Assembly: GCA_965205945.1 (NCBI GenBank) | Contig: CBDBIB010000001.1 | Span: 374,051-438,050, forward strand | DNA: 64,000 nt | Reading direction: 5' to 3' | Source: Bdellovibrionales bacterium | GTDB lineage: Bacteria; Bdellovibrionota; Bdellovibrionia; Bdellovibrionales; UBA1609 | Shown: positions 31,399-41,491 of the stretch, piece after piece | Layout of the letters: every line of letters starts with the position of its first letter | Numbering within the stretch: the first letter of the stretch is position 1 | Program-made: the position numbers and the translations under genes | The notes under the pieces: generated by a model | Told to the model about the DNA's origin: nothing | Seen by the model: only the letters and a program-made list of their open reading frames with translations | The model's database searches: none

Positions 31399-31950
31399 TC
31401 AAACTGATGTAACTTTAAAAGAGGCTTGATAAATATCTTTAAGTTCTTCTTCAATTTTTTTTAAACACAAGGTTATAAACGCTACAGGATCAACATTTAA
31501 GTCTTTAAGTCCAATTGCTCTTACTGGAGCCCCTTTAAAGTCTACATTCACACCAAAATGAATTAAGCTTGATAATGGGCTTACCGTTGCAATAGAAACA
31601 TTAAGTTTTTTACCATCACAATAAATATCATCACCTTTTCTCACAAAACTCCTATCTGTAAGCGACACTAAAACATCAATCACTATTTCAGCCATTATTC
31701 TTTGAACACAAATACCAAAAAAAATATCCTTATGAAAAAATTCACATAAAAAATGAATCATTTTTTTTGACTTTATAAAATCATTTTTTATACGCTCTTT
31801 TGCATCAACTAAATCAGTTGTTTTAACATCACAAGGCCCTATCCACGATAAGATTCCATCACCTTTTAATCCATGCTCATATAAAAACAATGACCTTAAT
31901 TGTGGCCCTGTATAAGTAAACTCTTTAGTTAAAAATTTAGTACTTATCAT
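31399..31950 (-). CDS. DUF366-family protein
   Basis: YTGPQLRSL, GPCDV, D.IKS..M.HF..E, R.GDDIY.DGKKL.VSIAT, HFGVNV; overlaps queC stop (ATGA). Confidence 0.8.
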   Translation of the reverse strand: MISTKFLTKEFTYTGPQLRSLFLYEHGLKGDGILSWIGPCDVKTTDLVDAKERIKNDFIKSKKMIHFLCEFFHKDIFFGICVQRIMAEIVIDVLVSLTDRSFVRKGDDIYCDGKKLNVSIATVSPLSSLIHFGVNVDFKGAPVRAIGLKDLNVDPVAFITLCLKKIEEELKDIYQASFKVTSV

Positions 31951-32603
31951 AATCCACTTTCTTTTCTTGCCTTTAAATACCTTTTACACGATTCACAGGC
32001 TCCACAAATCTCTTCATCATTTTTATAGCAGGGCCATAATTTTTGAAAATTCACATCAAGCTTTTTACCAAGTTTTACAATATCAACTTTGTTAAGATTT
32101 ACCGTCGGACTAACAACTCTAACACGAGCTCTTGTAGAAGACTCTAACGCTTTGTTAGTATCATCAATAAATTGCTTAGAGTTATCTAAAAATGTCTGAG
32201 CCTCTTCTAAATTAAAACCTAAAACAATATGATCAATTTTCTTAGCTTCAGCAATTGATGCTGCAGCATTGATAAAAAGACCATTTCTATTAGGAACCCA
32301 TACAGCTTTTGCTGTTTCTTTTAAAACCTCTATACTATTAATATCTACCAAAGTACCTTGTGGAATCAAATTCTCAACTTTATTTAAAGCTGAGCTAGAC
32401 ACTTCTCCTAAAAATTTTAAATCAATTTCTAAAAAGCCGGCCTCCACTAAACCAGCAAAGTACCTAGATGCTTTTCTTTCTTTTTCTAACGCTTTTTGGC
32501 CATAATTAAAAAACACAGCATCAACTGATTCGTATTCTTTCTCAGCCCATAAGAGTGACACTGTAGAGTCTAGTCCACCACTTAAACATACTAAAGCCTT
32601 CAT
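31947..32603 (-). CDS. queC: 7-cyano-7-deazaguanine synthase
   Basis: LSGGLDST, YGQK, VPNRN, CY...CGACESC. Confidence 0.95.
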   Translation of the reverse strand: MKALVCLSGGLDSTVSLLWAEKEYESVDAVFFNYGQKALEKERKASRYFAGLVEAGFLEIDLKFLGEVSSSALNKVENLIPQGTLVDINSIEVLKETAKAVWVPNRNGLFINAAASIAEAKKIDHIVLGFNLEEAQTFLDNSKQFIDDTNKALESSTRARVRVVSPTVNLNKVDIVKLGKKLDVNFQKLWPCYKNDEEICGACESCKRYLKARKESGL

Positions 32604-34354
32604 TAAATTTCGCGCCCAAAATGCAATCCACTACTCACTTCAACTTCACTCATTAAAAGCTGTAGTGTTTCTATATTTCTAAAAAAATTAATATTCGGAT
32701 TCACATAAAAATTAAATTTATAGCTTATATAATTTTGAGATTCGATCATTAGGGCCACTTCATGATCTTTTTGTGGTGAAAACCAAAGCACATCAAAAGT
32801 TTTTCCTTTTTTATCAGACACTAAGAGCTTGTAATGTTTGTCTTTAAGTTTTCTAACCAAGACTATTTCAAGATCTGAAATCTTAAAGATAGGCTGTTCA
32901 AAATCAACTCCAAAAGGTTCTAAGTGCTTTAACCAATTTAAAAAACTCTGATTAAGCTCTCCTAAATAAACTTCACAATCATACTTTACCCCAAATGCAA
33001 TATTAGCTTCTTTTGTAAAAAAATCCTCTAAATACATATTCAGTTCATTTTTAAACTGAGGAGCTTTTTTAAGCTCAAGTTCAAAACCTGCCGCCTCAGC
33101 ATGACCACCAAATTGAATTAAACTTGGACAAAATGACATCATCTCTTTTAACGACAGCCCTGTCTTACCAGGGAGCCTTGCGCTCCCAATAATTTGTCCG
33201 TTCTTTAAAATATTTCCTATAAAAGCTGGAACACCATATTCTTCTACTAGTCTTGTTGCAATAAGCCCTCTTACTCCTGGGTGAATATCTTTTGAAATAA
33301 AAAAGCAAAGCTTTTTAGGAGGATACTTTCTAAAATAATCCATAGCTTTTTTAAGGTCTTTTTCTAAAGATTGAACTCTTTTCTCATTGACTAAAAAAGC
33401 TTCTGACACCAATTTCTCAGCCGTCTGCTTATTTTCTTCAATTAAAATCGCCGTTGGTCTTAACTCTGTATCCAGGCGTGATAATGAATTTAACTTTGGA
33501 GCAATTTTAAAACCAATATCGCTTGAACTCATCTGTTTGCCCACTAATTCACATCTAGCTTTTAAGGCTTGTAAGCCTGGTCTTATCGTATTAGAAAACC
33601 TTTTAAGCCCCCTTTTAACCAATACTCTATTTTCTTTAACCAATGGCACCATATCCGTAAGTGTTCCAATAACAAATAAATCTAGTAACGATTCTAAACT
33701 AAACCCTGACTTAATCTCTTCATGTAAATTTTTTAAATACTTTACAAAACCATATACTAAATAAAAAGCAACCCCTGCACCACACAAATGCCCAAGCCCT
33801 GCCCTACATTCTTTTGTATTAGGATTAATAATAGTCAGTGCTTGTGGGAGTGTTGCATCTGGTAAATGGTGATCTGTTAAAATAACATCTACACTCTTTT
33901 TTTTAGCATATAAGCAAGTCTCATGAGCCGTTATACCTACATCAACAGTTATGATTAGACTCACACCCTTTGCTTTAAGAACGTCCACCCCTACTTTATG
34001 AAAACCATACCCCTCTACTAGACGTCTTGGCTGATATATTTGAATATTATTAAAACCAAGCTGCCCAAGGCCATGAAATAAAATTGCCGCCGCAGAAGAG
34101 CCATCTAAATCATAATCACAATAAATTCCTAATGTCTCATTGTTTTTATAAGCTTTAAAAAGCCTTACACAAGCCTCATCCATACCATTTAAAGTAAATG
34201 GTGATTTAATATCTTTCATAGATGGGTTTAAAAACTCAAGTTGATCTTCTTGATTTAAAAAACCCTTGGTTTTTAAAAATCTAGATATAAGTTCGGGAAT
34301 ATAGGTTCCAGTTGATTTGTTTGTTTGTATATTTTTTTGAACCTGTTTTCTCAA
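32603..34354 (-). CDS. recJ: ssDNA-specific exonuclease
   Basis: DYDLDG, TVDVG, TDHH, GGHAEAAG. Confidence 0.95.
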   Translation of the reverse strand: MRKQVQKNIQTNKSTGTYIPELISRFLKTKGFLNQEDQLEFLNPSMKDIKSPFTLNGMDEACVRLFKAYKNNETLGIYCDYDLDGSSAAAILFHGLGQLGFNNIQIYQPRRLVEGYGFHKVGVDVLKAKGVSLIITVDVGITAHETCLYAKKKSVDVILTDHHLPDATLPQALTIINPNTKECRAGLGHLCGAGVAFYLVYGFVKYLKNLHEEIKSGFSLESLLDLFVIGTLTDMVPLVKENRVLVKRGLKRFSNTIRPGLQALKARCELVGKQMSSSDIGFKIAPKLNSLSRLDTELRPTAILIEENKQTAEKLVSEAFLVNEKRVQSLEKDLKKAMDYFRKYPPKKLCFFISKDIHPGVRGLIATRLVEEYGVPAFIGNILKNGQIIGSARLPGKTGLSLKEMMSFCPSLIQFGGHAEAAGFELELKKAPQFKNELNMYLEDFFTKEANIAFGVKYDCEVYLGELNQSFLNWLKHLEPFGVDFEQPIFKISDLEIVLVRKLKDKHYKLLVSDKKGKTFDVLWFSPQKDHEVALMIESQNYISYKFNFYVNPNINFFRNIETLQLLMSEVEVSSGLHFGREI

Positions 34355-34374
34355 TTGCGCCTCTGCTAAAGAAA

Positions 34375-35295
34375 TTAACCTTTAGATGAAATTAATTTAT
34401 CAAAGAAAATTGTTAAAGGCGATGCTACGTAAATTGAACTATATGTTCCGACAAAAACACCAATAGCTAGCGTAAACGCTAAATCTTTAATCACTCCAGT
34501 TCCTACAAAGTATAAACATGAGATTGCAATTAAAGTTGTAACAGATGTTAAAACTGTTCTAGATAAGACATCATTAATTGATCTATTTACTGTAAACTCT
34601 AAAGCTTTTTGTTTAAAACGAGGAATATTCTCCCTGATTCTATCAAAATTCACAATTGTATCATTTAAAGAGTAACCAATAATTGTTAAAATTGCAGCTA
34701 ACGTTTGAACGTTAACCTCTTTACCTAAAAGAGAAAATATTCCTAATGTAATAATAGCATCATGAAACAAGCAAATCACAGCACCTGGAGCAAACTGATA
34801 ATCAAACCTAAAACCTACATAAATAAGAATCATAATTAGAGAATAAAAAATTGCAAGCATTCCATTTGTTCTAAGCTCAGCACCAATTTGTGGGCCAACA
34901 GAATTTACTCTCCTTAATTCTACTCCAGGATATTTGTTCTTTAAACCTGCTGTAATTTTTTTAACTGCCTCATTAACCAAAGCTGTTGTCTTAGCTTGTG
35001 TTGCTCCTTTAACTGACTCTGTTCTAATCAAAAACTCATTGTCTTCCCCAAAAGATTGAACTGAAGCTTTCTCAAGCCCTAAACCCTTTACTAAACTCCT
35101 AATATCATCAGCTTTAACCGCTACATCAAACTTCACCTGAACTTCAGTTCCACCAGAAAAATCAATTCCATAATTAAAATTTTTTGTAAAGATTAACCCC
35201 AATGAAACAAGAACCAGCACTAAAGAAACTCCCCCAAAAACTGGAGCTCTTCTAACAAATTCTATTCTCCCTCTATCTAAATCTCTTACACTCAT
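34375..35295 (-). CDS. secF: Protein translocase subunit
   Basis: GIDFSGG, VGPQIG, GYSLNDTIVNFDRIRE, GTYSSIYVA. Confidence 0.96.
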   Translation of the reverse strand: MSVRDLDRGRIEFVRRAPVFGGVSLVLVLVSLGLIFTKNFNYGIDFSGGTEVQVKFDVAVKADDIRSLVKGLGLEKASVQSFGEDNEFLIRTESVKGATQAKTTALVNEAVKKITAGLKNKYPGVELRRVNSVGPQIGAELRTNGMLAIFYSLIMILIYVGFRFDYQFAPGAVICLFHDAIITLGIFSLLGKEVNVQTLAAILTIIGYSLNDTIVNFDRIRENIPRFKQKALEFTVNRSINDVLSRTVLTSVTTLIAISCLYFVGTGVIKDLAFTLAIGVFVGTYSSIYVASPLTIFFDKLISSKG

Positions 35296-35317
35296 TTTAA
35301 TATACCTCTTTTTAACC

Positions 35318-37030
35318 TTATAATCTTTTATTAGAAGGAAATAAGCCTGTAACACCATTTAAAACCAACGCCTCAACAACTGTTCTTGTTAAGAAAATGG
35401 CTGTAAACATTGAAGTTGCAACACCCCAAATAAGAGTTACAGCAAAACCTTTGATTGGACCTGTCCCATAAAACATGAGCACTAAACAAACTGCAGCAGT
35501 TGTAACATTTGCATCAAAAATTGCTGAAAAAGCCTGAGCAAAACCATCTTTAATTGCCGCTCTTAAGCCACTTCCTTTTAAAAGCTCTTCTTTAATGCGC
35601 TCAAAAATAATAACGTTTGCATCAACTGCCATACCCACTGTTAAAACAATTCCAGCAATACCAGGAAGAGTTAATGTTGCTCCTAAAGATGTTAAAATCG
35701 TTAGGATTAAAAAGATATTTATTGCTAAAGCAAAACCTGCAACAGCCCCTGCTAATCTATACCAACCAATCATAAAGATTAAAACAAACAGCAACCCTAA
35801 AAGCCCTGCTTGCTTACCCGCCTTAATGCTGTCCGCACCCAGTGTTGGTCCGACAGTTCTTTCCTCTAATTGCTCTAAAGAAGCAGGCAGTGCTCCTGCT
35901 CTTAAGACATTTGTTAAAAACTCAGCTTCTTGCTGTATCTCTTGACCTGTACCTAATGTGATTATACCGCCTTCTTTTAAACGACCGCCTATATTAGGAG
36001 CTGACATCACAACTTTATCTAGAATAATCGCCATTGGTTTATCTATATTCTCACCAGTAAGTTTTGCAAACTCAGCTCTCCCCTCACTTGCAACAGAGAA
36101 ATTTACAACTGGTTGACCATATTCACCCACACCAACAAATGCATCTGAAATTTTATCCCCTGAAAAAACCACATCATTTTTAACAAGCATTGGACTTTTA
36201 CCATCAGTGATTTCCGTTACATTACTTAATTTTTGAAAAACCAATTCTGTTTGGGCTGGGAGTTTTTCTTTTAAATCTTGATTAAGTCTTCTAACATAAT
36301 CAATATATTTTAATCCACCCTCTTGCTTAGTTCCAATTGTATAATTACCTGCAGCTTCAGCCTCCTTAACTAACACATTAAGCTGTGTAAGGGTCATTTC
36401 ACTTGATACAATCATCTTCTCTAAACGTGCAGCTCTATTAATAAGATCTTTTGCCTGTTCGTAGTCTTTTTCGTTAATACCTGGAAGCTGAACAACAATT
36501 CTTTCAGTCCCTTGAGCTGCAATATAGGGCTCAGAAACGCCAAATGAATCAATTCGATTTCTAATAACTTCAATTGCTTGAACGACAATTTGTTTTTTAA
36601 TTGAATTTACATATGTTTCAAAATATTGAAATGTGCTTGTTCCACTAGCGCTTGTTACCGACTGTAATATGCCAGCATAATACTGGCGAACATATGAGTT
36701 TATCACACTTAAATCCCCTGTAAATTGAATTTGTGGATTCACTCCATCTTTTTTAAATGAAATAGCACTAACCATTCCTGGGTTTTTATTGTTGATCTCT
36801 TCTTTTAAAAGGTCTCCTAAACGATTTAGTTTTTCTCCAATCACACCTGGGGTATCCACACCTAAAACCAAGTGCAACCCTCCTTGAATATCTAGTCCGT
36901 AAACTAACGACTGAGTCGGTAACCACCCCAGTGCTTTCTCCTTAGAAATAAGATTTGGTGCAAAAATATATGCCGACACCAATATGATTGTTACAATAAT
37001 TCCTATTCGCGTTGTAAGGCTTTTTATCAT
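35318..37030 (-). CDS. secD: Protein translocase subunit
   Basis: GLDIQGG, RIDSFGVSEP, VGPTLG, GMAVDANVIIFERIKEE. Confidence 0.96.
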   Translation of the reverse strand: MIKSLTTRIGIIVTIILVSAYIFAPNLISKEKALGWLPTQSLVYGLDIQGGLHLVLGVDTPGVIGEKLNRLGDLLKEEINNKNPGMVSAISFKKDGVNPQIQFTGDLSVINSYVRQYYAGILQSVTSASGTSTFQYFETYVNSIKKQIVVQAIEVIRNRIDSFGVSEPYIAAQGTERIVVQLPGINEKDYEQAKDLINRAARLEKMIVSSEMTLTQLNVLVKEAEAAGNYTIGTKQEGGLKYIDYVRRLNQDLKEKLPAQTELVFQKLSNVTEITDGKSPMLVKNDVVFSGDKISDAFVGVGEYGQPVVNFSVASEGRAEFAKLTGENIDKPMAIILDKVVMSAPNIGGRLKEGGIITLGTGQEIQQEAEFLTNVLRAGALPASLEQLEERTVGPTLGADSIKAGKQAGLLGLLFVLIFMIGWYRLAGAVAGFALAINIFLILTILTSLGATLTLPGIAGIVLTVGMAVDANVIIFERIKEELLKGSGLRAAIKDGFAQAFSAIFDANVTTAAVCLVLMFYGTGPIKGFAVTLIWGVATSMFTAIFLTRTVVEALVLNGVTGLFPSNKRL

Positions 37031-37088
37031 TTTTTCTCCAAAAAGACTTGCTGTCTTACTCTTTACTTTTTTTAACTCTTATAAAAAT

Positions 37089-37433
37089 TTATTTAGTTTT
37101 ATCTTCAACAGCACTACTCATTACATGAGATTTCATAACTTTAAGACGCATATCTTCTGAAACCTTTAAATCTACAAATCTTTCTGTAACCGCTACAATG
37201 GTGCCGAAAATACCCCCCGCGGTCAAAACCTGATCACCCTTCTTTAAAGACTGCAAAAAGTCTTTAGATTCTTTAGCTTTTCTAGCTTGCGGTCGCAAAA
37301 TTAAAAAATAAAAAACTAAAAACATCAATGCAAAAGGAATCAATCCCATCCAACCTGGACCCTGGCTAGCTTGCTGGCCTACAGCTTCTTGCCCTTGAGC
37401 AGCTGGAATAAAAAAATTAATTAAATTAAACAT
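37089..37433 (-). CDS. yajC: Preprotein translocase subunit
   Basis: FYFLILRPQ, LKKGDQVLTAGGIFG. Confidence 0.95.
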   Translation of the reverse strand: MFNLINFFIPAAQGQEAVGQQASQGPGWMGLIPFALMFLVFYFLILRPQARKAKESKDFLQSLKKGDQVLTAGGIFGTIVAVTERFVDLKVSEDMRLKVMKSHVMSSAVEDKTK

Positions 37434-37507
37434 ATATAAAACTCCTAACTTTAAATGTTTTCACTATAAAAACTAACAGCCTATGCCATACAATAAATTT
37501 TTTAATT

Positions 37508-38644
37508 TTATAAGCTAACAACTTGCGTTACTTTTTTAGTATAATACTCAACCCATCTGCCCTCTAATATAGCGCTTCGACATTCAGCCAATAATTCTAG
37601 ATAAAAATGTAAGTTATGAATAGTTAATAATTGTGCAGAAAGTATTTCTCCACAAATAAAAAGGTGCCTTAAATAACTTTTACTGTGATTTTGACATGTA
37701 TAGCATCCACAATTTACATCAAGCGGCTTAGAATCTTCCTTATTCTTAGATCTTTTAATATTTATCTCTCCATTATGGGTAAAAGCTTTACCATTTCTTG
37801 CAACTCGAGTGGGCATCACACAGTCAAACATATCTATTCCTGCATTAATTGAGTGTAAAAGATCAATGGGCTTTCCAACACCCATTAAATACCTTGGCTT
37901 ATTAATAGGCATCTTAGGTGTAATCTTTAAAAGCACCTCATACATAAGCTGCATAGGCTCTCCAACAGAAAATCCACCGAGAGCATAACCAGGAAGGTCA
38001 AAAAAAGTAACTTGCCTTAAAGCCTTAAGTCTATGAGGAACACTTAAGCCCCCTTGTACAATTCCAAAAAGAAGGGAGTCTTTTCTTCTCATCTCTTCTT
38101 TACAAATTTTAAGCCATCTATGAGTCCGTCCCATAGCACTCTCTAACTCCTCTTTAGTACAAGGGTATGGAGGACATTCATCAAAAGCCATAATAATATC
38201 AGACCCTAAGTTCATTTGAATCTGCATACTTTCCTTAGGGCCAATAAAACACTTTCTTCCATCAATATGACTTTTAAATGCAACACCCTTTTCTGAAATT
38301 TTTCTTAGCGCAGCTAATGAAAAAACTTGAAAACCACCACTGTCTGTTAAAATAGGTTTATCCCACCCCATAAACTTATGAAGTCCACCCATTCTTTTTA
38401 TAAGATCATCCCCTGGACGTAAATGAAGATGGTAAGTGTTTCCTAAAATAATTTGTGAACCAATATCCTTTAAACCTTGATTCGTCATAGCCTTAACCGT
38501 GCCACGCGTTCCAACAGGCATAAAAACTGGAGTCTGAATATCACCATGTGCTGTTGTTAGAGTTGCCGCCCTTGCCTTTGCGCTAGTAGCTTTAAGTTTA
38601 AAATGACCAATTTTTTTCTTAACGCTTTTAGTTATTTCTTCCAT
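37508..38644 (-). CDS. tgt: tRNA-guanine transglycosylase
   Basis: TPVFMPVGT, TDSGGFQ, DMFDCVMPTR, C.CYTC...H zinc site. Confidence 0.97.
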   Translation of the reverse strand: MEEITKSVKKKIGHFKLKATSAKARAATLTTAHGDIQTPVFMPVGTRGTVKAMTNQGLKDIGSQIILGNTYHLHLRPGDDLIKRMGGLHKFMGWDKPILTDSGGFQVFSLAALRKISEKGVAFKSHIDGRKCFIGPKESMQIQMNLGSDIIMAFDECPPYPCTKEELESAMGRTHRWLKICKEEMRRKDSLLFGIVQGGLSVPHRLKALRQVTFFDLPGYALGGFSVGEPMQLMYEVLLKITPKMPINKPRYLMGVGKPIDLLHSINAGIDMFDCVMPTRVARNGKAFTHNGEINIKRSKNKEDSKPLDVNCGCYTCQNHSKSYLRHLFICGEILSAQLLTIHNLHFYLELLAECRSAILEGRWVEYYTKKVTQVVSL

Positions 38645-39624
38645 ATACTTAAATCTCCATAAGAAAAAAGTCTAAACTCGTTTTCTACAGCAAACTTATA
38701 CGCAAGTTTTGTGCCTTTAATACCGTAAAAAGCCATTACCAATGCTAAAAGAGAAGACCCTGGCTGATGAAAATTTGTAAAAAGCCCTGACACCCATTTA
38801 AACTTATAACCTGGAGTTATAAAAAGCTCCGTCTCCCCAGTTTCATCACCATCATTAAACAAACAAGACTCAACAGCTCTTAATGCTGTCGTTCCTAAAG
38901 CCCAAATTCTTTTTTTATTTTTCTTAGCACGAATAAGAGCTTCCTTTGTTTTCCCAGAAACAAAAAAACTCTCCTTATGAAGCTTTCCTTTCTTAATATT
39001 TTTCTCCTCTAAAGGTAAAAAAGTCCCTAAACCTATATCTAAACTCACCTCTTCAACAATAACTCCTCTTACTTTAAGAGCAGCTAAGTCTTTTTCTGAA
39101 AAGTGTAGACTTGCAGTAGGTGCCGCTAAAGAGTTTTCGTTCTTTTTCCAATCAAGCTGATACCAGTTTATATCGTCCTTAATCGCATGACGTGACTTTC
39201 TTAACTTTTGAATATATGGAGGAATTGCAAGTTCACCATATTGAGCAAAATATCTTAAATCTAAATCTTGATCCACTTTAATTAATTGAGACCGATCTTT
39301 TTGCAAAAGCTCCCCTACTACCCCCCCTGGTAAATCAAGCTTATCCCCTACTTTAAATTTTGCAGATTTAAATAAAACCTCCCATTCATATTCAGATCTC
39401 TTATTTAAAAATAAAAACTCTAAATCTTTACAAAAAATACGACATGCCTTAACTCCAGAATTGTTAATAATAATTAAATCCTCTGATTCAATACAATCAA
39501 AAGCAGCACAAAGCTCAATCTCAATTGGGGCAGCATTGTCCATGAATAAGACACGGCAAGGCTCTGTAGGTTTTAATGCTACAAGTCTTTGTGGATATGT
39601 GTATTCTAAATCTTTTATGTCCAT
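38632..39624 (-). CDS. queA: SAM:tRNA ribosyltransferase-isomerase
   Basis: IPPYI, AAPTASLHF, GLGTF, TNFHQP, FRLFSYGD. Confidence 0.95.
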   Translation of the reverse strand: MDIKDLEYTYPQRLVALKPTEPCRVLFMDNAAPIEIELCAAFDCIESEDLIIINNSGVKACRIFCKDLEFLFLNKRSEYEWEVLFKSAKFKVGDKLDLPGGVVGELLQKDRSQLIKVDQDLDLRYFAQYGELAIPPYIQKLRKSRHAIKDDINWYQLDWKKNENSLAAPTASLHFSEKDLAALKVRGVIVEEVSLDIGLGTFLPLEEKNIKKGKLHKESFFVSGKTKEALIRAKKNKKRIWALGTTALRAVESCLFNDGDETGETELFITPGYKFKWVSGLFTNFHQPGSSLLALVMAFYGIKGTKLAYKFAVENEFRLFSYGDLSIWKK

Positions 39625-39802
39625 AAAACTGTCATAAACTTAAGCTGTATTGATAGCAAGAAAAGGAAGGTTTATAGCTTTTTTTCTTGGCTCTCTTGCA
39701 GTTATTGTTAATTTTCTAATTCCATTATAATAACTTTAAGAAAATTTAGGAAGATAGAAATCTGTTTTTTCCTTTAATACTAGGAACTTAGCTTTCAGGA
39801 TG

Positions 39803-39848
39803 AGAACTAAATAACAGTTGATAGACAGACTAGTTTAAGGCTTGGTGC
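39803..39848 (+). pseudogene. tRNA-Leu 5'-half relic 1
   Basis: 39818-39840 matches tRNA nt 16-38 at 19/23; all four differences are G->A. Confidence 0.6.
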
Positions 39849-39950
39849 AGTGAAAAATAAAAATTAAATACGGTTAATGACTTAAATATTTTTTAACATA
39901 CAAGCTCTAGCCTGTTTTAATAAAAATATTACCATTATAAGATAAATTAT

Positions 39951-39989
39951 GTGCCATTACCGGAATTAGTAGATAAACATAATTAAGGG
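39951..39989 (+). pseudogene. tRNA-Leu 5'-half relic 2
   Basis: 25/39 ungapped identity to tRNA nt 1-39 (GTGCCATTACCGGAATTAGTAGA...TTAAGGG). Confidence 0.55.
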
Positions 39990-40141
39990 TATTGCGTGGA
40001 TAAAAAACAAACTTTTCTGGTAGCAAGCTATTTCTTCAAAGTAAAGTCAAAGACTTTAAATTGTTACAAAGTTTTTTTATAACTTTATTGTAACAAGCGG
40101 GCCTACCATTTATGCTAGACCAAACATACTAAACACGTTCT

Positions 40142-40181
40142 GTGCCGGTGGTGGAATTAATAGACACGCCGGCTTTGAGGG
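40142..40181 (+). pseudogene. tRNA-Leu(GAG) 5'-half relic 3
   Basis: GTGCCGGTGGTGGAATTAATAGACACGCCGGCTTTGAGGG; 31/39 identity plus 1 insertion; no T-arm or CCA follows. Confidence 0.8.
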
Positions 40182-40291
40182 GAGTATGCGGGGTTCCGCT
40201 AAAGAGTAATGAGGTAAAGGGCTTAGAGTAAAAATTGGTATACGGAAATAACTCGATTTTGGTAACCACAGTACCAAGGTCGGGCATTAAT

Positions 40292-40378
40292 GCGCTAGTG
40301 CTGGAATTGGTAGACAGGCTGGTTTGAGGGATCAGTGCTCGTAAGGGCGTGGAGGTTCAAGTCCTCTCTGGCGCACCA
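40292..40378 (+). tRNA. tRNA-Leu (anticodon GAG)
   Basis: Acceptor GCGCTAG/CTGGCGC, D-loop GGAATTGGTAGAC, anticodon arm CTGGT-TTGAGGG-ATCAG, long variable arm, GTTCAAG T-loop, encoded CCA. Confidence 0.97.
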
Positions 40379-40421
40379 CTTTAGTTCGTAAATATTTGTA
40401 ATAATTAAGTATCGACATAAC

Positions 40422-40440
40422 TGTCCCCAATTTGTCCCCA
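40422..40440 (+). repeat. Direct repeat TGTCCCCA-N3-TGTCCCCA (integrase arm-site-like)
   Basis: ctgtccccaatttgtcccca, 44 bp after the tRNA CCA. Confidence 0.6.
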
Positions 40441-40569
40441 GTTTTTTTTAAAATAATTGCTTTCCCCATTTAATTCTAGCCCCATCTGTTATATGAACAT
40501 ACCTCTTAATATATGTAGATTTAATTTAAATCATTAAATATAATAGAGGTTAAAAAGGAGAGGGTACGT

Positions 40570-41343
40570 ATGACGTGGTTTTTTAAAATTATAATAGTAC
40601 TAGCAAGTATTTTACATATTAGTGTTACTCAAGGGGCTTTTTTTTCGACAGAGGATTTTGATGTTGCCCTTGGCGTTCAGGGAAATTCGTTACTATATAA
40701 ACGCGGTATTATTACTTATGAAGGTTATCAGATAGTACCTATTTACACAGTTCAACTATTTAATCCAAAACTTTTTATGGCGGGGGGAGCCCTTTATTAT
40801 AAGCATGAATTAAGTAAAAATCTATTACTACGAACACGCCTTAACTTTGATTCAACTTTAGATAAGCCGTTATATAAAACTTTAGAAGATGAATCAGCAA
40901 GACCTCGTCGAGAAAGTACAACAGAGCTAGATATTTACCTAGAGTATACGGTTATAAATGATAGCTTTTTTAGGTTCTTAATAAGCCAGGACGTAATAGC
41001 TCACAAAGGTAATTATTTTGAATTACGTGGAAGACTAGCACTTCTAGATTTATATAAAAAAAATTTAGAAAAGCCTCTTATTCAATTAGGGATTTTTTCA
41101 TCCATTGGATACGGCAGTAGTCAGCACAATGATTATTTTTATGGAAAGGGTGCTAATAAAGCAGGTTTTAATAACCTTGAATATGGTATATCAATAACAA
41201 GTCCAAAAGTAATAGAAAAGTTTTGGCCAACATTTAAAATCACACGCTTTCATGTATTAGGAAGCAATAACAAAGAGGGCTCTCATATTCAAGAAACTAA
41301 AGGTTGGAGCATTGAGGCTCTTATGGCTTTTCAAGTTTGGTAA
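40570..41343 (+). CDS. MipA/OmpV-family outer-membrane protein
   Basis: Signal peptide, beta-strand pattern, HNDYFYG motif, C-terminal aromatic residue. Confidence 0.7.
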   Translation: MTWFFKIIIVLASILHISVTQGAFFSTEDFDVALGVQGNSLLYKRGIITYEGYQIVPIYTVQLFNPKLFMAGGALYYKHELSKNLLLRTRLNFDSTLDKPLYKTLEDESARPRRESTTELDIYLEYTVINDSFFRFLISQDVIAHKGNYFELRGRLALLDLYKKNLEKPLIQLGIFSSIGYGSSQHNDYFYGKGANKAGFNNLEYGISITSPKVIEKFWPTFKITRFHVLGSNNKEGSHIQETKGWSIEALMAFQVW

Positions 41344-41491
41344 TTATAGCTTCAAACATTTTATTAATCAATTAATAGACTACAGGTTAAATATATGAAA
41401 AAATTTATTATAAAGAAGATCAAATAAAAAAAGATAACAATATAAACTCTGTAGAAAAGAAGAGCCCTTATGATTAAAAAGTTTAATTATT

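Noticed and set aside
40217..40285. Possible additional decayed tRNA (GGGCTTAGAGTAAAATTGGTATAC...)
   Set aside because: Only a D-loop-like word; no convincing stems or T-loop.
39803..40378. tRNA relic array as a CRISPR array or split/permuted tRNA
   Set aside because: Repeats are tRNA-derived and divergent, spacers exceed 100 bp, and there are no cas genes. Relic anticodon stems do not pair with the intact 3' half and the D-loop GG is mutated.
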